Counted from the stretch's first letter, positions 48,772 to 59,854 are shown. The stretch: DNA of 64,000 nt from Fidelibacterota bacterium TCS55 (GCA_001577025.1 LSCF01000001.1:7609-71608), one strand, 5' to 3'. Numbers and translations are program-made. Notes: generated by a model not told the origin, from the letters alone.

Positions 48772-50172
48772 ATGAATCCAGAAAAACTTCAACACGAATT
48801 AAATCAATTTTGGGATAATGAAATTGTCCCCACATTAACTGAGTATATTAAAATCCCGAATAAGTCCCCTGCCTTTGACCCGGATTGGGAAGAATCCGGC
48901 CATATGGATCGGGCCCTTGATCTGGCTGCCCAATGGGCAGATGCTCATAAACCTGAAGACAGTACCCTCCATGTTAAACGATTGCCTGGCAGAACACCGC
49001 TTATTATGGTTGAAATCCCCGGCGAGCGCGATGGAAATATCCTCATGTATGGCCACTTGGATAAACAGCCGGAAATGGAAGGTTGGCATGAAGGATACGG
49101 CCCATGGGATCCGGTGATGAAAGATGGAAAACTCTATGGCCGCGGTGGGGCTGATGACGGCTATGCTATGTTTGCATCCATTGGTGTGGTGAAGGCATTA
49201 AAAGATCAGAATATTGCATTGCCGCGAATTGTTATTTTAATTGAATTTTGTGAAGAAAGCGGTTCGCCGGATCTCCCTTATTATATAGATGAATATGCCA
49301 ATATTATTGGCAATGTGGATTTGGTCGTTTGTCTCGATTCCGGCGCTGGCAATTATGAACAGTTTTGGACGACCGTTTCTCTCCGGGGGATGATTGCCTG
49401 TGAGCTTTGTGTGGATGTATTGACTGAGGGGGTTCATTCTGGAAGTGCCAGCGGTTTGGTCCCATCTTCATTCCGGGTCCTGCGTCAACTCATATCCCGG
49501 ATTGAAGATGAAATGACCGGTGAAATCATTGTCTCTAAGCTCCACACCAATATCCCCGAACACCGGATTGAAGAAGTGAAAAAAATGATGGAAACTTTAG
49601 GTGGAGAAACAGAAGCCTTCCCTTGGCATGAAAATATGAAGCCTTCTACCGATGATCCGGTAGAAGGGTCACTTCGACGGACGTGGAAGCCATCACTTTC
49701 TGTTGTAGGTATGGACGGTATTCCGGCCATGAAAGATGGGGGCAATGTGCTCCGGCCATATACGGCTGTGAAATTATCCTTCCGACTCCCGCCAGATGTG
49801 GATTGCCATCAAGCCATGGATGCGGTAAATAAAACTCTCAATGAAAACCCGCCCTACAATGCCTCAGTGTTGATTGATTGGGAAGAGCCGGCCAATGGGT
49901 GGAATGCGCCTAAACTCGCCCCTTGGTTGGATAAGGCTATTCAAGATGCATCAAATTCCTTTTATGAAAAACCGGCTCTCGCCATGGGCGAGGGGGGCAC
50001 AATTCCTTTTATGGCGATGCTGGGTGAAAAATTCCCCGAGGCCCAATTTGTAATCACCGGCGTTTTAGGGCCCAGTTCCAATGCCCATGGCCCCAATGAA
50101 TTTATTCACATTCCTTTTGCAAAAAAACTTAGTGCATGCATCGGACATATTTTAAATCAATTCCCAAGTTAA
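48772..50172 (+). CDS. M20-family metallopeptidase (dipeptidase-like)
   Basis: 466 aa. YGHLDKQP, GRGGADDGY, FCEESGS and a C-terminal PNEFIHI-type motif. Confidence 0.8.
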   Translation: MNPEKLQHELNQFWDNEIVPTLTEYIKIPNKSPAFDPDWEESGHMDRALDLAAQWADAHKPEDSTLHVKRLPGRTPLIMVEIPGERDGNILMYGHLDKQPEMEGWHEGYGPWDPVMKDGKLYGRGGADDGYAMFASIGVVKALKDQNIALPRIVILIEFCEESGSPDLPYYIDEYANIIGNVDLVVCLDSGAGNYEQFWTTVSLRGMIACELCVDVLTEGVHSGSASGLVPSSFRVLRQLISRIEDEMTGEIIVSKLHTNIPEHRIEEVKKMMETLGGETEAFPWHENMKPSTDDPVEGSLRRTWKPSLSVVGMDGIPAMKDGGNVLRPYTAVKLSFRLPPDVDCHQAMDAVNKTLNENPPYNASVLIDWEEPANGWNAPKLAPWLDKAIQDASNSFYEKPALAMGEGGTIPFMAMLGEKFPEAQFVITGVLGPSSNAHGPNEFIHIPFAKKLSACIGHILNQFPS

Positions 50173-50173
50173 T

Positions 50174-50887
50174 TTGAGTGTACGTACCCAACTAGATCTC
50201 TTGAACCCGCGGCCGAGATGGCAGCGTTACATTTCTGGCTTCCTTGGGTTGTTTATCGGCACCATGTTGGCTCGCATTACCATTAAAGGACGGCACCATC
50301 TCCCCAAAAAAGGGCCATATATGGTGGCTGTGAATCATTTCAATTTAGTGGATTCATTCTTTGCAGTATTTGCTATCCAAAAGCCCACTGTATTTTTAAT
50401 GGGTAGCGATCAAGTGATCGACTGGTTTAATTACTGGGCCCTGTGGCTTTATGGGGTTATCCCTGTTAATCGAAAACGGATGGGGCCCTCAACAATCAAA
50501 ATGGCATTACAGTATATCAAGGCAGAAGAAATTTTAACTATTTTCCCCGAAGGCACTGTTGCCCCTTTTCTCAGAAAACCTAAGCCTGGCGCTGTATATC
50601 TTTCTACATTGGGGCAAGTGCCTATTGTCCCTTTGGGCATTCATGGAATTAATCAGCCTTATTTCCGCTATATCCAAAAAGGTATTAGGCCCACCATTTT
50701 TGCCCAATTCGGGAAGCCCATGGGACCGTTCAAACTTCCTTCAAATAAGCAGGGTCGCAAAAAAGAACTGGAACGGATTGGAGATGAAATGATGTGCCGT
50801 CTGGCTGCGCTCTTACCGGAAGAAATCCATGGGGAATATGCAGGAGATCTTTCAATTGAAAAGTATAAAGCAGAGAATACAAACTAG
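50174..50887 (+). CDS. 1-acyl-sn-glycerol-3-phosphate acyltransferase family (PlsC-like)
   Basis: 237 aa. HX4D box NHFNLVD and FPEGT box. N-terminal hydrophobic anchor. TTG start 1 nt after the upstream stop. Confidence 0.75.
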   Translation: MSVRTQLDLLNPRPRWQRYISGFLGLFIGTMLARITIKGRHHLPKKGPYMVAVNHFNLVDSFFAVFAIQKPTVFLMGSDQVIDWFNYWALWLYGVIPVNRKRMGPSTIKMALQYIKAEEILTIFPEGTVAPFLRKPKPGAVYLSTLGQVPIVPLGIHGINQPYFRYIQKGIRPTIFAQFGKPMGPFKLPSNKQGRKKELERIGDEMMCRLAALLPEEIHGEYAGDLSIEKYKAENTN

Positions 50888-50974
50888 TAATCGTTGAACT
50901 TTTTGTTCGAATTCTTAGTGTCTAAATCATTTATCTCCTTAATTTCAAAACTTAAAATCAGCGGGGAAACCTAA

Positions 50975-52069
50975 ATGTCTCAGTCCAAACTTCAACATTA
51001 TTTGATTGTCATTGCAATTGCATTGGGGTTCATGTTTTTAATGCGCTCTCAGGCAAAAAATCAACACCCAAAACTTGCGGATGGCAGTGCAAATGAACAC
51101 CTTCTACAACAAGAGAACCATTTTAGAAACTTACGCCAACTCACGTTTAGCGGAGAGAACGCAGAAGCTTATTTTAGTTCAGACAGTAAAAAACTGATTT
51201 TTCAGTCTCATGACGGTGATGGGCTCTGTGACCAAATCTATATCATGGATATTGAAAGTGGCGAATTTGAAATGGTTTCTACTGGAGACGGGGTTACCAC
51301 TTGCGCCTATTTTCAATATCCTGAAAATGAAAAAATTGTTTATGCCTCCACCCACCATGCTAATAAATCCTGCCCACCTCCACCGGATTACAGTAGGGGT
51401 TATGTTTGGAAGCTTCATGAGGGGTATGATATTTTCCGTGCCAATACAGATGGCTCCGAACTTGAGCAACTGACAGAAGAAAAAGGATATGATGCCGAGG
51501 CGACAGTAGCAGAAGACGGAAGCCAAATTGTATATACATCCATCGTTTCCGGAGACTTAGAGGTGTGGACTATGAACCCAGACGGCTCTGACAAGCGGAT
51601 GTTAACCAACAAATTGGGTTATGATGGGGGCCCGTTTTTCAGCCATGATGGCACTAAAATCGTATGGCGAGCATATTATCCTGAGACAGCAAAAGAAATC
51701 GCTGACTATAATGGACTCATCGCTGAAAGCATGATTCGCCCCATGAACTTACAGATCCGCGTTATGAATTCTGACGGAACCAATAAACAGCAAATTACTC
51801 ACAATAATGGTGCGAATTTTGCGCCATTCTTTTTTCCGGGTGATGAACGAATCATTTTCTGTTCAAATATGGCTGACCCAAAAGGGAGAAATTTTGATCT
51901 ATGGGCCGTGAACATTGATGGTACCAATCTTGAACGTATTACCTTTTTTGATGGATTTGATGGTTTCCCGATGTTTAGTCCAAATGGTAAATATTTCGTA
52001 TTTGGCTCTAATCGCAATCAAGCTAAGCCGGGCGATACCAATATATTTATTGCAGAATGGGTAAATTAA
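50975..52069 (+). CDS. TolB-like PD40 (WD40-like) beta-propeller protein, secreted or anchored
   Basis: 364 aa. N-terminal anchor LIVIAIALGFMFLM. Repeated PD40-type units (SPDG/SHDG/NPDGS ...Y....G...i...). Confidence 0.7.
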   Translation: MSQSKLQHYLIVIAIALGFMFLMRSQAKNQHPKLADGSANEHLLQQENHFRNLRQLTFSGENAEAYFSSDSKKLIFQSHDGDGLCDQIYIMDIESGEFEMVSTGDGVTTCAYFQYPENEKIVYASTHHANKSCPPPPDYSRGYVWKLHEGYDIFRANTDGSELEQLTEEKGYDAEATVAEDGSQIVYTSIVSGDLEVWTMNPDGSDKRMLTNKLGYDGGPFFSHDGTKIVWRAYYPETAKEIADYNGLIAESMIRPMNLQIRVMNSDGTNKQQITHNNGANFAPFFFPGDERIIFCSNMADPKGRNFDLWAVNIDGTNLERITFFDGFDGFPMFSPNGKYFVFGSNRNQAKPGDTNIFIAEWVN

Positions 52070-52836
52070 TTCTTTTTCTTTTCTGGGCCTCTCCGGGCGC
52101 AGTGGAGGATTCCGTCCTTTCAACCATCCGTAACGATGCACTAAATAGGGGGATTCCTGAATCCTTTTTAAATGAAACGTTTTCTAATGGGGATATCACC
52201 ACACACGATATAATATTGGAACGTTTCGCCAAGCCTTACGAAAAGAAAAGTTGGGTCGATTACCGAAAATTATTTGTAACTGAGTCTAGAATCAGCAAAG
52301 GTGCATCATTTTATCAACAGAATGAAACAGCTCTTAAATCCGTGGGCAAACAAATGCAAGTTGACCCATTTCTCATATTGAGCATTATTGGTGTAGAGAG
52401 CAATTACGGCAGACATAAAGGTCAATTTACCGTTTTCAATGCACTGTATACTCAAATAGCAAAAATGCCAAAACGGGCCAAGTGGGCGAAAAAAGAAATG
52501 GTGGCCTATTTAGAATATTGCTATACTGACAGCATTCCACCCCATTCTATAAAAGGATCCTATGCTGGTGCATTTGGATATGGCCAATTTATTCCTTCTA
52601 GCTTTAATGCATATGCTACGGATGGAAATGGTGACGGAATCCGCATGCCCTATGAATGGGCTGATGTATTTGCCAGTGTTTGCAATTACCTTGTAAAGAA
52701 CGGATATCCCACCTCAAACCCTAATAATGATAAGCAAGTTTATAAGTCGGTTTTTGCTTACAATCATTCAGACAATTATGTAAATGCCGTTTTAGAATTG
52801 CGGGCTCAATTGAAAAACAGAATCCTTACAGATTAA
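52057..52836 (+). CDS. Lytic murein transglycosylase (MltB/SLT_2-like)
   Basis: 259 aa. GVESNYGRHKG (catalytic Glu), GAFGYGQFIPSSF and DGNGDG. Overlaps the upstream gene by 13 nt. Confidence 0.8.
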   Translation: MGKLILFLFWASPGAVEDSVLSTIRNDALNRGIPESFLNETFSNGDITTHDIILERFAKPYEKKSWVDYRKLFVTESRISKGASFYQQNETALKSVGKQMQVDPFLILSIIGVESNYGRHKGQFTVFNALYTQIAKMPKRAKWAKKEMVAYLEYCYTDSIPPHSIKGSYAGAFGYGQFIPSSFNAYATDGNGDGIRMPYEWADVFASVCNYLVKNGYPTSNPNNDKQVYKSVFAYNHSDNYVNAVLELRAQLKNRILTD

Positions 52837-54601
52837 CCTTTATGGTTAATTCTTCCTCTCCTCTTTTAATAATAACATCTACAGCTCTACCAGGTTTCAA
52901 TTCAGCCAATCGGTACATATAATCGTAAATATTTTTAACCGGTTTACCATCAATGGATATAATAATATCACCTTTTTGTAATCCTGCTTTTCCAGCGGGA
53001 CCATCTTTTTTTGCACCATCAATTTCTAGCCCTTCCGCATCACTGCCATAAGAAGGTATAACGCCAAAGGTCACCTTAAAACTGCGACGGGTCTGGCGTG
53101 CTTCTTTTGGTCCCGCTTCTGTGAAAGTAGGTCGATTGTCCATTCTGCCAAGCCGGACGACTACATCATAGATTAGTTCTACAATTTGTTTTTCACCCGC
53201 AACATTTATGAGCTGCCAATCATCGCTTGGCTTGTGGTAATCGTTATGGGTGCCTGTAAAAAAGAATAAAACAGGAATATCATTCACATAAAAACTTGCA
53301 TGATCGCTGGGGCCGTACCCTTCTTTGCTCATCTTTAAATTAAGCCCATGGTCTTTATTTTCTTCATTCAAAATGGATTCAAAGTTTGGAGAAGTTCCCG
53401 TACCTCCCACGGTGACCTTTCCATCAGACATACGACCAATCATATCCATATTAATCATTATTGAAATATTGCTTAAGTCGATTGTGGGATTATTCACAAA
53501 ATATTTAGAACCCAGTAATCCTTCCTCTTCTGCATTGTACGCCATGAGTACTACAGATCTTTTTAAAATACTTCTGTTTGCAGATAGTTTTTCCGCCAAT
53601 TCCAAGACGCCTGCTGTGCCGGAAGCATTATCATCGGCCCCATTGTGTATGGCATTCGTTTCAGGTGTTAAAGAGCCAGTTCCCTCTCCACCAAAACCCA
53701 AGTGGTCAAAGTGAGCCCCAATTACAATATATTCATCTTTCAAAACAGTGTCGCTTCCAGGTATCAACCCAATTACATTGGGGACAGAAGCTGTTTCCTT
53801 AGCCAAGTCCACTTCAGCAGAAATTTGTTTTTCTACTCCAAAGGACTGTGGAGCTAGCTTTTCATCCATTGCGTTTTGAAGATCCTCTAGTTTCCCAGAT
53901 AAAATTTTGTCCGCTAGATTTCTTGAAATGTGAATCACGGGAATACCAACAGCTGTTGAATTGGGAGAATGTTTGAGCGCAATTAATTCATCATCGCCAG
54001 CCTGATTTACAAAAATAATGCCGGCTGCCTTTTGATCTCTAGCTAACAAAGCCTTTTTTCGCAAAGGTAAATGTCCAACAAATTCGGAATGAGGATGATC
54101 TCCACCCGGTCCGCCTCTCAAAATCATTACCCACTTCCCTTCCGCTTTAATATTATTATAATCATTCCATTTTATAGAATCATCAATTGCAAACCCATAT
54201 CCGGCAAAAACAATATCGGCTTTTAATTTTTGGTTGGCAGAAAATTCTAAAGGAATGAAGTCGGTATTCACTTGATATCGCTCTTCATCAACGGTGAAAT
54301 TATTTTTCTCGCCCAAGTTTATCCCTGTAATAAAATCAAAGTTCTGTAAATATCCATTGGAACCCGCCGGAGACAACCCGTAATGCCTAAAATGATCCAC
54401 AATATAGTCTACTGCTTCTTTAGACCCTACGGTACCTGGATACCGACCTGCGCGTTTATCATCCGCCAAATATTTAATGTGGTTCATCAAATCCACTTCT
54501 GTGATTTTTGAGTTTGTTTTAACATTAACCGATTCTTCTGGCCGTTGAGTGCATCCAGAAAAGATAGAAATAAGAATTATAAAATTGATTATGCGTATCA
54601 T
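52826..54601 (-). CDS. M28-family aminopeptidase with PA domain and C-terminal PDZ domain, lipoprotein
   Basis: 591 aa. Lipobox IFSGC. GAHFDHLG, GADDNASGTAGVLELA and NAEEEGLLGS. C-terminal PDZ GLQKGDIIISIDGKPV. Confidence 0.85.
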   Translation of the reverse strand: MIRIINFIILISIFSGCTQRPEESVNVKTNSKITEVDLMNHIKYLADDKRAGRYPGTVGSKEAVDYIVDHFRHYGLSPAGSNGYLQNFDFITGINLGEKNNFTVDEERYQVNTDFIPLEFSANQKLKADIVFAGYGFAIDDSIKWNDYNNIKAEGKWVMILRGGPGGDHPHSEFVGHLPLRKKALLARDQKAAGIIFVNQAGDDELIALKHSPNSTAVGIPVIHISRNLADKILSGKLEDLQNAMDEKLAPQSFGVEKQISAEVDLAKETASVPNVIGLIPGSDTVLKDEYIVIGAHFDHLGFGGEGTGSLTPETNAIHNGADDNASGTAGVLELAEKLSANRSILKRSVVLMAYNAEEEGLLGSKYFVNNPTIDLSNISIMINMDMIGRMSDGKVTVGGTGTSPNFESILNEENKDHGLNLKMSKEGYGPSDHASFYVNDIPVLFFFTGTHNDYHKPSDDWQLINVAGEKQIVELIYDVVVRLGRMDNRPTFTEAGPKEARQTRRSFKVTFGVIPSYGSDAEGLEIDGAKKDGPAGKAGLQKGDIIISIDGKPVKNIYDYMYRLAELKPGRAVDVIIKRGEEELTIKVNL

Positions 54602-54689
54602 AGGCTTCCCCCTTGTTTATGAAACTGAAAATTAAATTTACTGAGAATCCATATACTTCGGGAATAAAATAAATTGTAATTTTAGTGCT

Positions 54690-55073
54690 ATGATAGAAAC
54701 CACAACAGACCAAGTTCACATCCAGGTTCAGACCAATTATATTCCTGAACGGTCTGACCCCTCAAAGCCTATTTTCTTTTTTGCCTATCATATTACAATT
54801 ACCAACCATGGAGAAGATACAGTTCAACTTAAGAACCGCTATTGGCACATCACAGATGGGAATGGCAATATTGAAGAAGTCCGCGGGCCCGGCGTAGTGG
54901 GGAATAAACCTTTCATTCAGTATGGCGAATCTTTTGAATACACCAGTTTTTGTCCCCTCCCCACCGAGTTCGGCGTCATGCATGGTCATTTTGAAATGAT
55001 CAATGAACATGGGAAAAAATTCAACGCAAAAATTTCACCCTTCAGATTAAGCATACCGTTTTCAGTTAATTAA
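54690..55073 (+). CDS. apaG: ApaG (DUF525) protein
   Basis: 127 aa. FFFAYHITITNHGEDTVQLKNRYWHITDGNGNIEEVRGPGVVG...G.FEM is the classic ApaG pattern. Confidence 0.9.
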   Translation: MIETTTDQVHIQVQTNYIPERSDPSKPIFFFAYHITITNHGEDTVQLKNRYWHITDGNGNIEEVRGPGVVGNKPFIQYGESFEYTSFCPLPTEFGVMHGHFEMINEHGKKFNAKISPFRLSIPFSVN

Positions 55074-55087
55074 ATAATAAAATTATT

Positions 55088-56491
55088 ATGGATAGTAAAA
55101 CAAAAATAATTGCCACTATCGGCCCCGCCTGCGAGGATATAGAGACTCTTCAAGCCATGCTTGATTCAGGGGTGAATACCTTTCGCCTCAATATGTCCCA
55201 TGGGGATGAAGCAGCCAAAAGAAATTTATACAACCTGGTTGAATCCCTGAAAACAGCTGACGGACTGCGCCCTTGTATTTTAACCGATTTGGCCGGACCT
55301 AAAATCCGCATCACTGATGTACTACCGGATTTCACTTTAGAAGCAGGACAATCCATTATCATTACCAATGAAAATGGTGCTGATGAAAATCATATCAGCG
55401 TTACAGAGGGCATTGGGTTTAGGAATGTTTCTGAGGGGGCAAAAATATTGATTAATGATGGACGAATCCAACTTCAGGTTGTAGAAACGGTTTCGAAACA
55501 TACAATTAAATGTAAGGCTGTGATTGGTGGTTTAGTGGAGCCCCGGAAAGGGGTCAACTTCCCCGGCATTACTTTAGATGTACCGCCCTTAACGGACCAA
55601 GATAAAACTGATTTAAAGATGGCGTTGGAATTGGGTGCCGATTGGATTGCTCTTTCATTTGTTCGTTCAGCGGAAGATTTGAATGAAGTGTTGGCTGTCA
55701 TGGATGAAATGGACAAACACCTGCCTGTCATGGCCAAAATTGAAAAGTGGGAAGCCCTCAGCAATATCGGCGCTATTGCAAAATCATTTGATGCGGTCAT
55801 GGTGGCTCGGGGCGATTTGGGTGTGGAGATTCCTTTAGAACAAGTACCCTTGGCACAAAAACAAATCATCGATGTGGCAGGAGCCTTGGGTAAACCGGTG
55901 GTGATTGCCACTCAAATGCTGGAATCCATGGTAGATAGCCAAACCCCCACTCGGGCTGAAGTAAGTGATATTGCCAATGCCATTATTGATAGCGTAGATG
56001 CACTTATGGTCACTGGCGAAACGGCTGCGGGGAACTATCCCGTGGATGTAATTCAAACTTTAAAACGGGTGATTGACGAAACGGAACAAGCCACACCATC
56101 GGGACGAAATTCCCTCCCCGAGGAAGTGGCCAAAACGGCGGATGCAATTAGTCATGCTGTATGCGAAATTGCTCAGGATTTGGATATTAATCTTATTCTG
56201 ACCATGACACACAGCGGCAGCACGGCTCAAATGATTGCTCGCTATCGACCCGAAGCAACTATTCTGGCACTAACCCCATTTGACCGTGTCGCTCGACAAC
56301 TTCAACTGGTTTGGGGGGTTATCCCAATTAAGGTGGGTCAATGTGATAATATTGAATCCCTACCGGACGTATGTGATGCAGTGTTGACGGAACGAAAATT
56401 GATCAAAAGTGGTGAATCCTACGTGATTACAGGTGGTGTGCCCATGGGTGTGGCCGGCACTACAAATTATTTATCTGTTCAAACATTTTAG
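55088..56491 (+). CDS. pyk: Pyruvate kinase
   Basis: 467 aa. TKIIATIGPA, FRLNMSHG, MVARGDLGVEIP and ATQMLESM. Confidence 0.95.
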   Translation: MDSKTKIIATIGPACEDIETLQAMLDSGVNTFRLNMSHGDEAAKRNLYNLVESLKTADGLRPCILTDLAGPKIRITDVLPDFTLEAGQSIIITNENGADENHISVTEGIGFRNVSEGAKILINDGRIQLQVVETVSKHTIKCKAVIGGLVEPRKGVNFPGITLDVPPLTDQDKTDLKMALELGADWIALSFVRSAEDLNEVLAVMDEMDKHLPVMAKIEKWEALSNIGAIAKSFDAVMVARGDLGVEIPLEQVPLAQKQIIDVAGALGKPVVIATQMLESMVDSQTPTRAEVSDIANAIIDSVDALMVTGETAAGNYPVDVIQTLKRVIDETEQATPSGRNSLPEEVAKTADAISHAVCEIAQDLDINLILTMTHSGSTAQMIARYRPEATILALTPFDRVARQLQLVWGVIPIKVGQCDNIESLPDVCDAVLTERKLIKSGESYVITGGVPMGVAGTTNYLSVQTF

Positions 56492-56516
56492 ACCATTTGC
56501 TAAGGAGGAGGTTCTT

Positions 56517-59500
56517 ATGCGATTAAAACAATTGTTCATTTTTGCGTCTGTTTTTGGTTTTATTAGCGCACAGGAAATTTCAAAAGAAAACCACTGCTGC
56601 ACTGTGCCTGGATTCTTGCCTAATAATTCTGTGGCGGATATGGAGGAGCCGGTTCAAGATAAGAAAAAATGGGAAGTGAATGGAGATCTCGGGCCTACAA
56701 AAACATTATCCTTCACCACCGCAGAGGGAACGTGGATTAGTCTGGATGTATCTCCCGATGGGCGTGAAATTATATTTGATCTTTTGGGCGATCTCTACAC
56801 CATGCCTATTTCCGGCGGTGAGGCCAAGCGTATCTCTAGCGGACCGGCTTGGGATATTCAACCTGCCTACAGTCCAGACGGCAAATCTATTGCCTTTACC
56901 TCTGACCGATCCGGTGGTGATAATATCTGGATTATCGATCGAGATGGATCTAATCCCCGACAAGTATCAAAAGAAAAATTTAGACTGCTGAATAATCCGG
57001 TCTTTTCTGCCGATGGTCAATACGTCATTGCCCGGAAACATTTTGTTAATACCCGTTCGCTGGGTGCAGGCGAAATGTGGCGCTACCATATCAGCGGCGG
57101 CAGCGGGATTAATATAAACGACAGGCGAAACTGGCAACACGATGCGGGTGAGCCGGATGTAAGTCCTGATGGGCGATACCTTTATTATTCTCAAGATGTG
57201 AGCCCAGGCAATACGTACCAATATAATCGAGATCCTTATGGCACGATTTATGCCATTCACAGAATTGATTTTGAAACCGGGGAAAAAACCACTGTAACCG
57301 CTGGCCCCGGTGGTGCGGCTACCCCTCAAATTTCTCCTGATGGAAAACAGTTGGCTTTTGTCCGCAGAGTTGGACTAAAAACCGCCCTCTTTGTCAAAGA
57401 TCTAGCAACCGGCAATGAGCGAATGCTATATGATAATCTTAATCGGGATGCCCAAGAAACATGGGCCATATTCGGCATTCACCCGGGATTTAGCTGGACC
57501 CCTAATGGTAAAAATATTATCATTACTGCCAAAGGTGGATTTTGGAATGTGACTGTCTCCAATGGGGATGTAAAAGAGATTCCATTTACGGCAGAAGTAA
57601 ATATGGATATCACTGAACCTTATGTTATGAAAAATGAAGTAGGCGGCAGTGATTTTAAAGTGAACGTCCTCCGTCACACCCGCGTGAGCCCTGATGGGAA
57701 GCGGGTTGTATTCAATGCGCTGGGCAAACTTTACGTGGCAAATGTGGATGGCTCCAAAAGAAAGCGCCTGACCAAACAGCATAATGGACTAGAATATAGC
57801 CCTGCTTGGTCCCCTGATGGGAAGCAAATCGCTTTCACCACATGGTCCGATAAGGCCCGAGGGCGTATTGCCGTTGTAAATAGCAAAGGCGGTAAGCCTA
57901 AGTTTTTGAAAGTAGCAAAAGGTCACTACTTTAGTCCGGCTTGGTCTTCAGATGGTTCTCAATTGGTCTATCGCCGTGGTGGCGGTTCGTGGATTCGTGG
58001 TACAGATCATGCCTCTGACACAGGTATTTATATTATTAAAGCAAAAGGTGGGAAACCGAAACTGGTGAGCAAGATTGGGTCTGAACCACGCTTCACTTCC
58101 GGGAATTCACGCATTCTTCTTTTGGGCAGAGAAAAGGGAAACCGCGCTCTTTACAGTATAGACTTAAACGGACAGGATAGACGCGTCCTGGCTACATCTA
58201 AATATGCCAATCGGATTATTCTCTCCCCCAACGAAGATTGGGTTCTTTTTGATTATCGATTTCATGTTTTTGCAGCACCTTTTTCCAAAATGGGGAAAGC
58301 CATCAATCTTGGACCCAAAACGGACAGTGTTCCTGTAAAACAATTGACCGCCGGAAGTGGTTTCGAGCCCCATTGGTCAGATAATAATTCTGTCCATTGG
58401 ACCCTTGGCTCTGAGCTCTTCACCACTGATCTGAAGGATGCATTTACATTCGTTCCCGGTGCGCCTGACTCACTATCGGATCCATCTGAATACGGCACTG
58501 AATTGGGATGGTCGGCCGAATCCGCATCGCCCAAAGGATTGGTGGCCATCACCGGCGCAAAGATCATTACCATGGATGGAGACAAGGTGATTGATAACGG
58601 TGTCATCATTGTAGAAAATAATCGCATCAAAAAAGTAGGCAGCAGCAAAATGAAAATTCCCAAAGGGGCAGATATGGTGGATGCCTATGGCAAAACCATC
58701 ATTCCCGGACTCATTGATGTTCACGCCCATATGGGCTTGGAATGGGACGGCCTTTCATCAGAGCAGAATTGGCACTATCTCGCCAACCTCGCCTTCGGTG
58801 TGACCACTACCCACGACCCTAGTCGGGATACTGAAATGGTTTTCGCAAACTCCGAACTCCAGAAGGCGGGAAAAATTCTTGCTCCGCGGATTTACTCCAC
58901 CGGCACCATATTATATGGAGCGGTCACCGGATTCACCGCAGAAGTAAATGGCTTAGACGATGCTAGACGGGCATTGAAGCGAATTAAAGCATTCGGCGGA
59001 TTTTCTGTAAAATCCTACAATCAGCCCCGGAGGGAACAGCGCCAGCAAATCCTGAAAGCAGCTAGAGAATTGGACATGCTGGTCTATCCGGAAGGTGGCT
59101 CAACTTTTCAACATAATTTGAATATGCTGGTAGATGGTCATACAGGAATTGAACATTCCATACCTGTCTCTCCATTATATAAAGATGCCCTCACCCTGTA
59201 TGGTGAAAGTGGTGTTGGCTACACCCCAACTTTAGTCGTGAGTTATGGTGGTTTGTGGGGCGAGAACTATTGGTATTCCAAAATGAAAATCTTTGAGCAT
59301 CAGCATCTTCAGGGATTTTTTCCCCAACCATTATTAGATCAAAAACGGCGCAGAATGAAAATTGAGGAAGACGACTGGAATCATATCGAAAATGCCAAAG
59401 CGGCGAAGGCACTATCCGATGCTGGCGTAAAAGTAAACAATGGTGCCCACGGTCAGCTCGAAGGGTTGGGCGTCCATTGGGAAATGTGGATGCTGGCCCA

Positions 59501-59762
59501 AGGCGGCATGAGTCCTATGGAAGCATTGAGAGCATCTACCTTAAACGGTGCTGAATATTTAGGCATGGGTGATGATTTGGGTAGTATTGAGGCGGGTAAA
59601 CTTGCGGACTTGGTCATCCTGGGAAAAAATCCATTAGATGATATTGAAAATTCTGATTCGGTGGAAATGGTCATGCTCAACGGAAGGCTCTATGAGGCCA
59701 AGACCATGAATGAATTGGTCACGGGGGACAGCAAGCGCCTGCCCCATTGGTGGGAAGAGTAA
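56517..59762 (+). CDS. Secreted fusion of a tandem PD40 beta-propeller region with a C-terminal amidohydrolase domain
   Basis: I chose the start at MRLKQLFIFASVFGFISAQ, with AAGGAGGAGG upstream. Many SPDG-type PD40 repeats. The C-terminal domain has IPGLIDVHAHMG (HxH), GHTGIEH and GKLADLVIL. Confidence 0.85.
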   Translation: MRLKQLFIFASVFGFISAQEISKENHCCTVPGFLPNNSVADMEEPVQDKKKWEVNGDLGPTKTLSFTTAEGTWISLDVSPDGREIIFDLLGDLYTMPISGGEAKRISSGPAWDIQPAYSPDGKSIAFTSDRSGGDNIWIIDRDGSNPRQVSKEKFRLLNNPVFSADGQYVIARKHFVNTRSLGAGEMWRYHISGGSGININDRRNWQHDAGEPDVSPDGRYLYYSQDVSPGNTYQYNRDPYGTIYAIHRIDFETGEKTTVTAGPGGAATPQISPDGKQLAFVRRVGLKTALFVKDLATGNERMLYDNLNRDAQETWAIFGIHPGFSWTPNGKNIIITAKGGFWNVTVSNGDVKEIPFTAEVNMDITEPYVMKNEVGGSDFKVNVLRHTRVSPDGKRVVFNALGKLYVANVDGSKRKRLTKQHNGLEYSPAWSPDGKQIAFTTWSDKARGRIAVVNSKGGKPKFLKVAKGHYFSPAWSSDGSQLVYRRGGGSWIRGTDHASDTGIYIIKAKGGKPKLVSKIGSEPRFTSGNSRILLLGREKGNRALYSIDLNGQDRRVLATSKYANRIILSPNEDWVLFDYRFHVFAAPFSKMGKAINLGPKTDSVPVKQLTAGSGFEPHWSDNNSVHWTLGSELFTTDLKDAFTFVPGAPDSLSDPSEYGTELGWSAESASPKGLVAITGAKIITMDGDKVIDNGVIIVENNRIKKVGSSKMKIPKGADMVDAYGKTIIPGLIDVHAHMGLEWDGLSSEQNWHYLANLAFGVTTTHDPSRDTEMVFANSELQKAGKILAPRIYSTGTILYGAVTGFTAEVNGLDDARRALKRIKAFGGFSVKSYNQPRREQRQQILKAARELDMLVYPEGGSTFQHNLNMLVDGHTGIEHSIPVSPLYKDALTLYGESGVGYTPTLVVSYGGLWGENYWYSKMKIFEHQHLQGFFPQPLLDQKRRRMKIEEDDWNHIENAKAAKALSDAGVKVNNGAHGQLEGLGVHWEMWMLAQGGMSPMEALRASTLNGAEYLGMGDDLGSIEAGKLADLVILGKNPLDDIENSDSVEMVMLNGRLYEAKTMNELVTGDSKRLPHWWEE

Positions 59763-59854
59763 GTTTGAATTACACTCTTAAAAGTCTCCTCTCTTAGAGG
59801 GGTCATCTTCCGCAGAATGCTGAAGACGGGGTGTGTAAAATAGAAGGAAATAAA

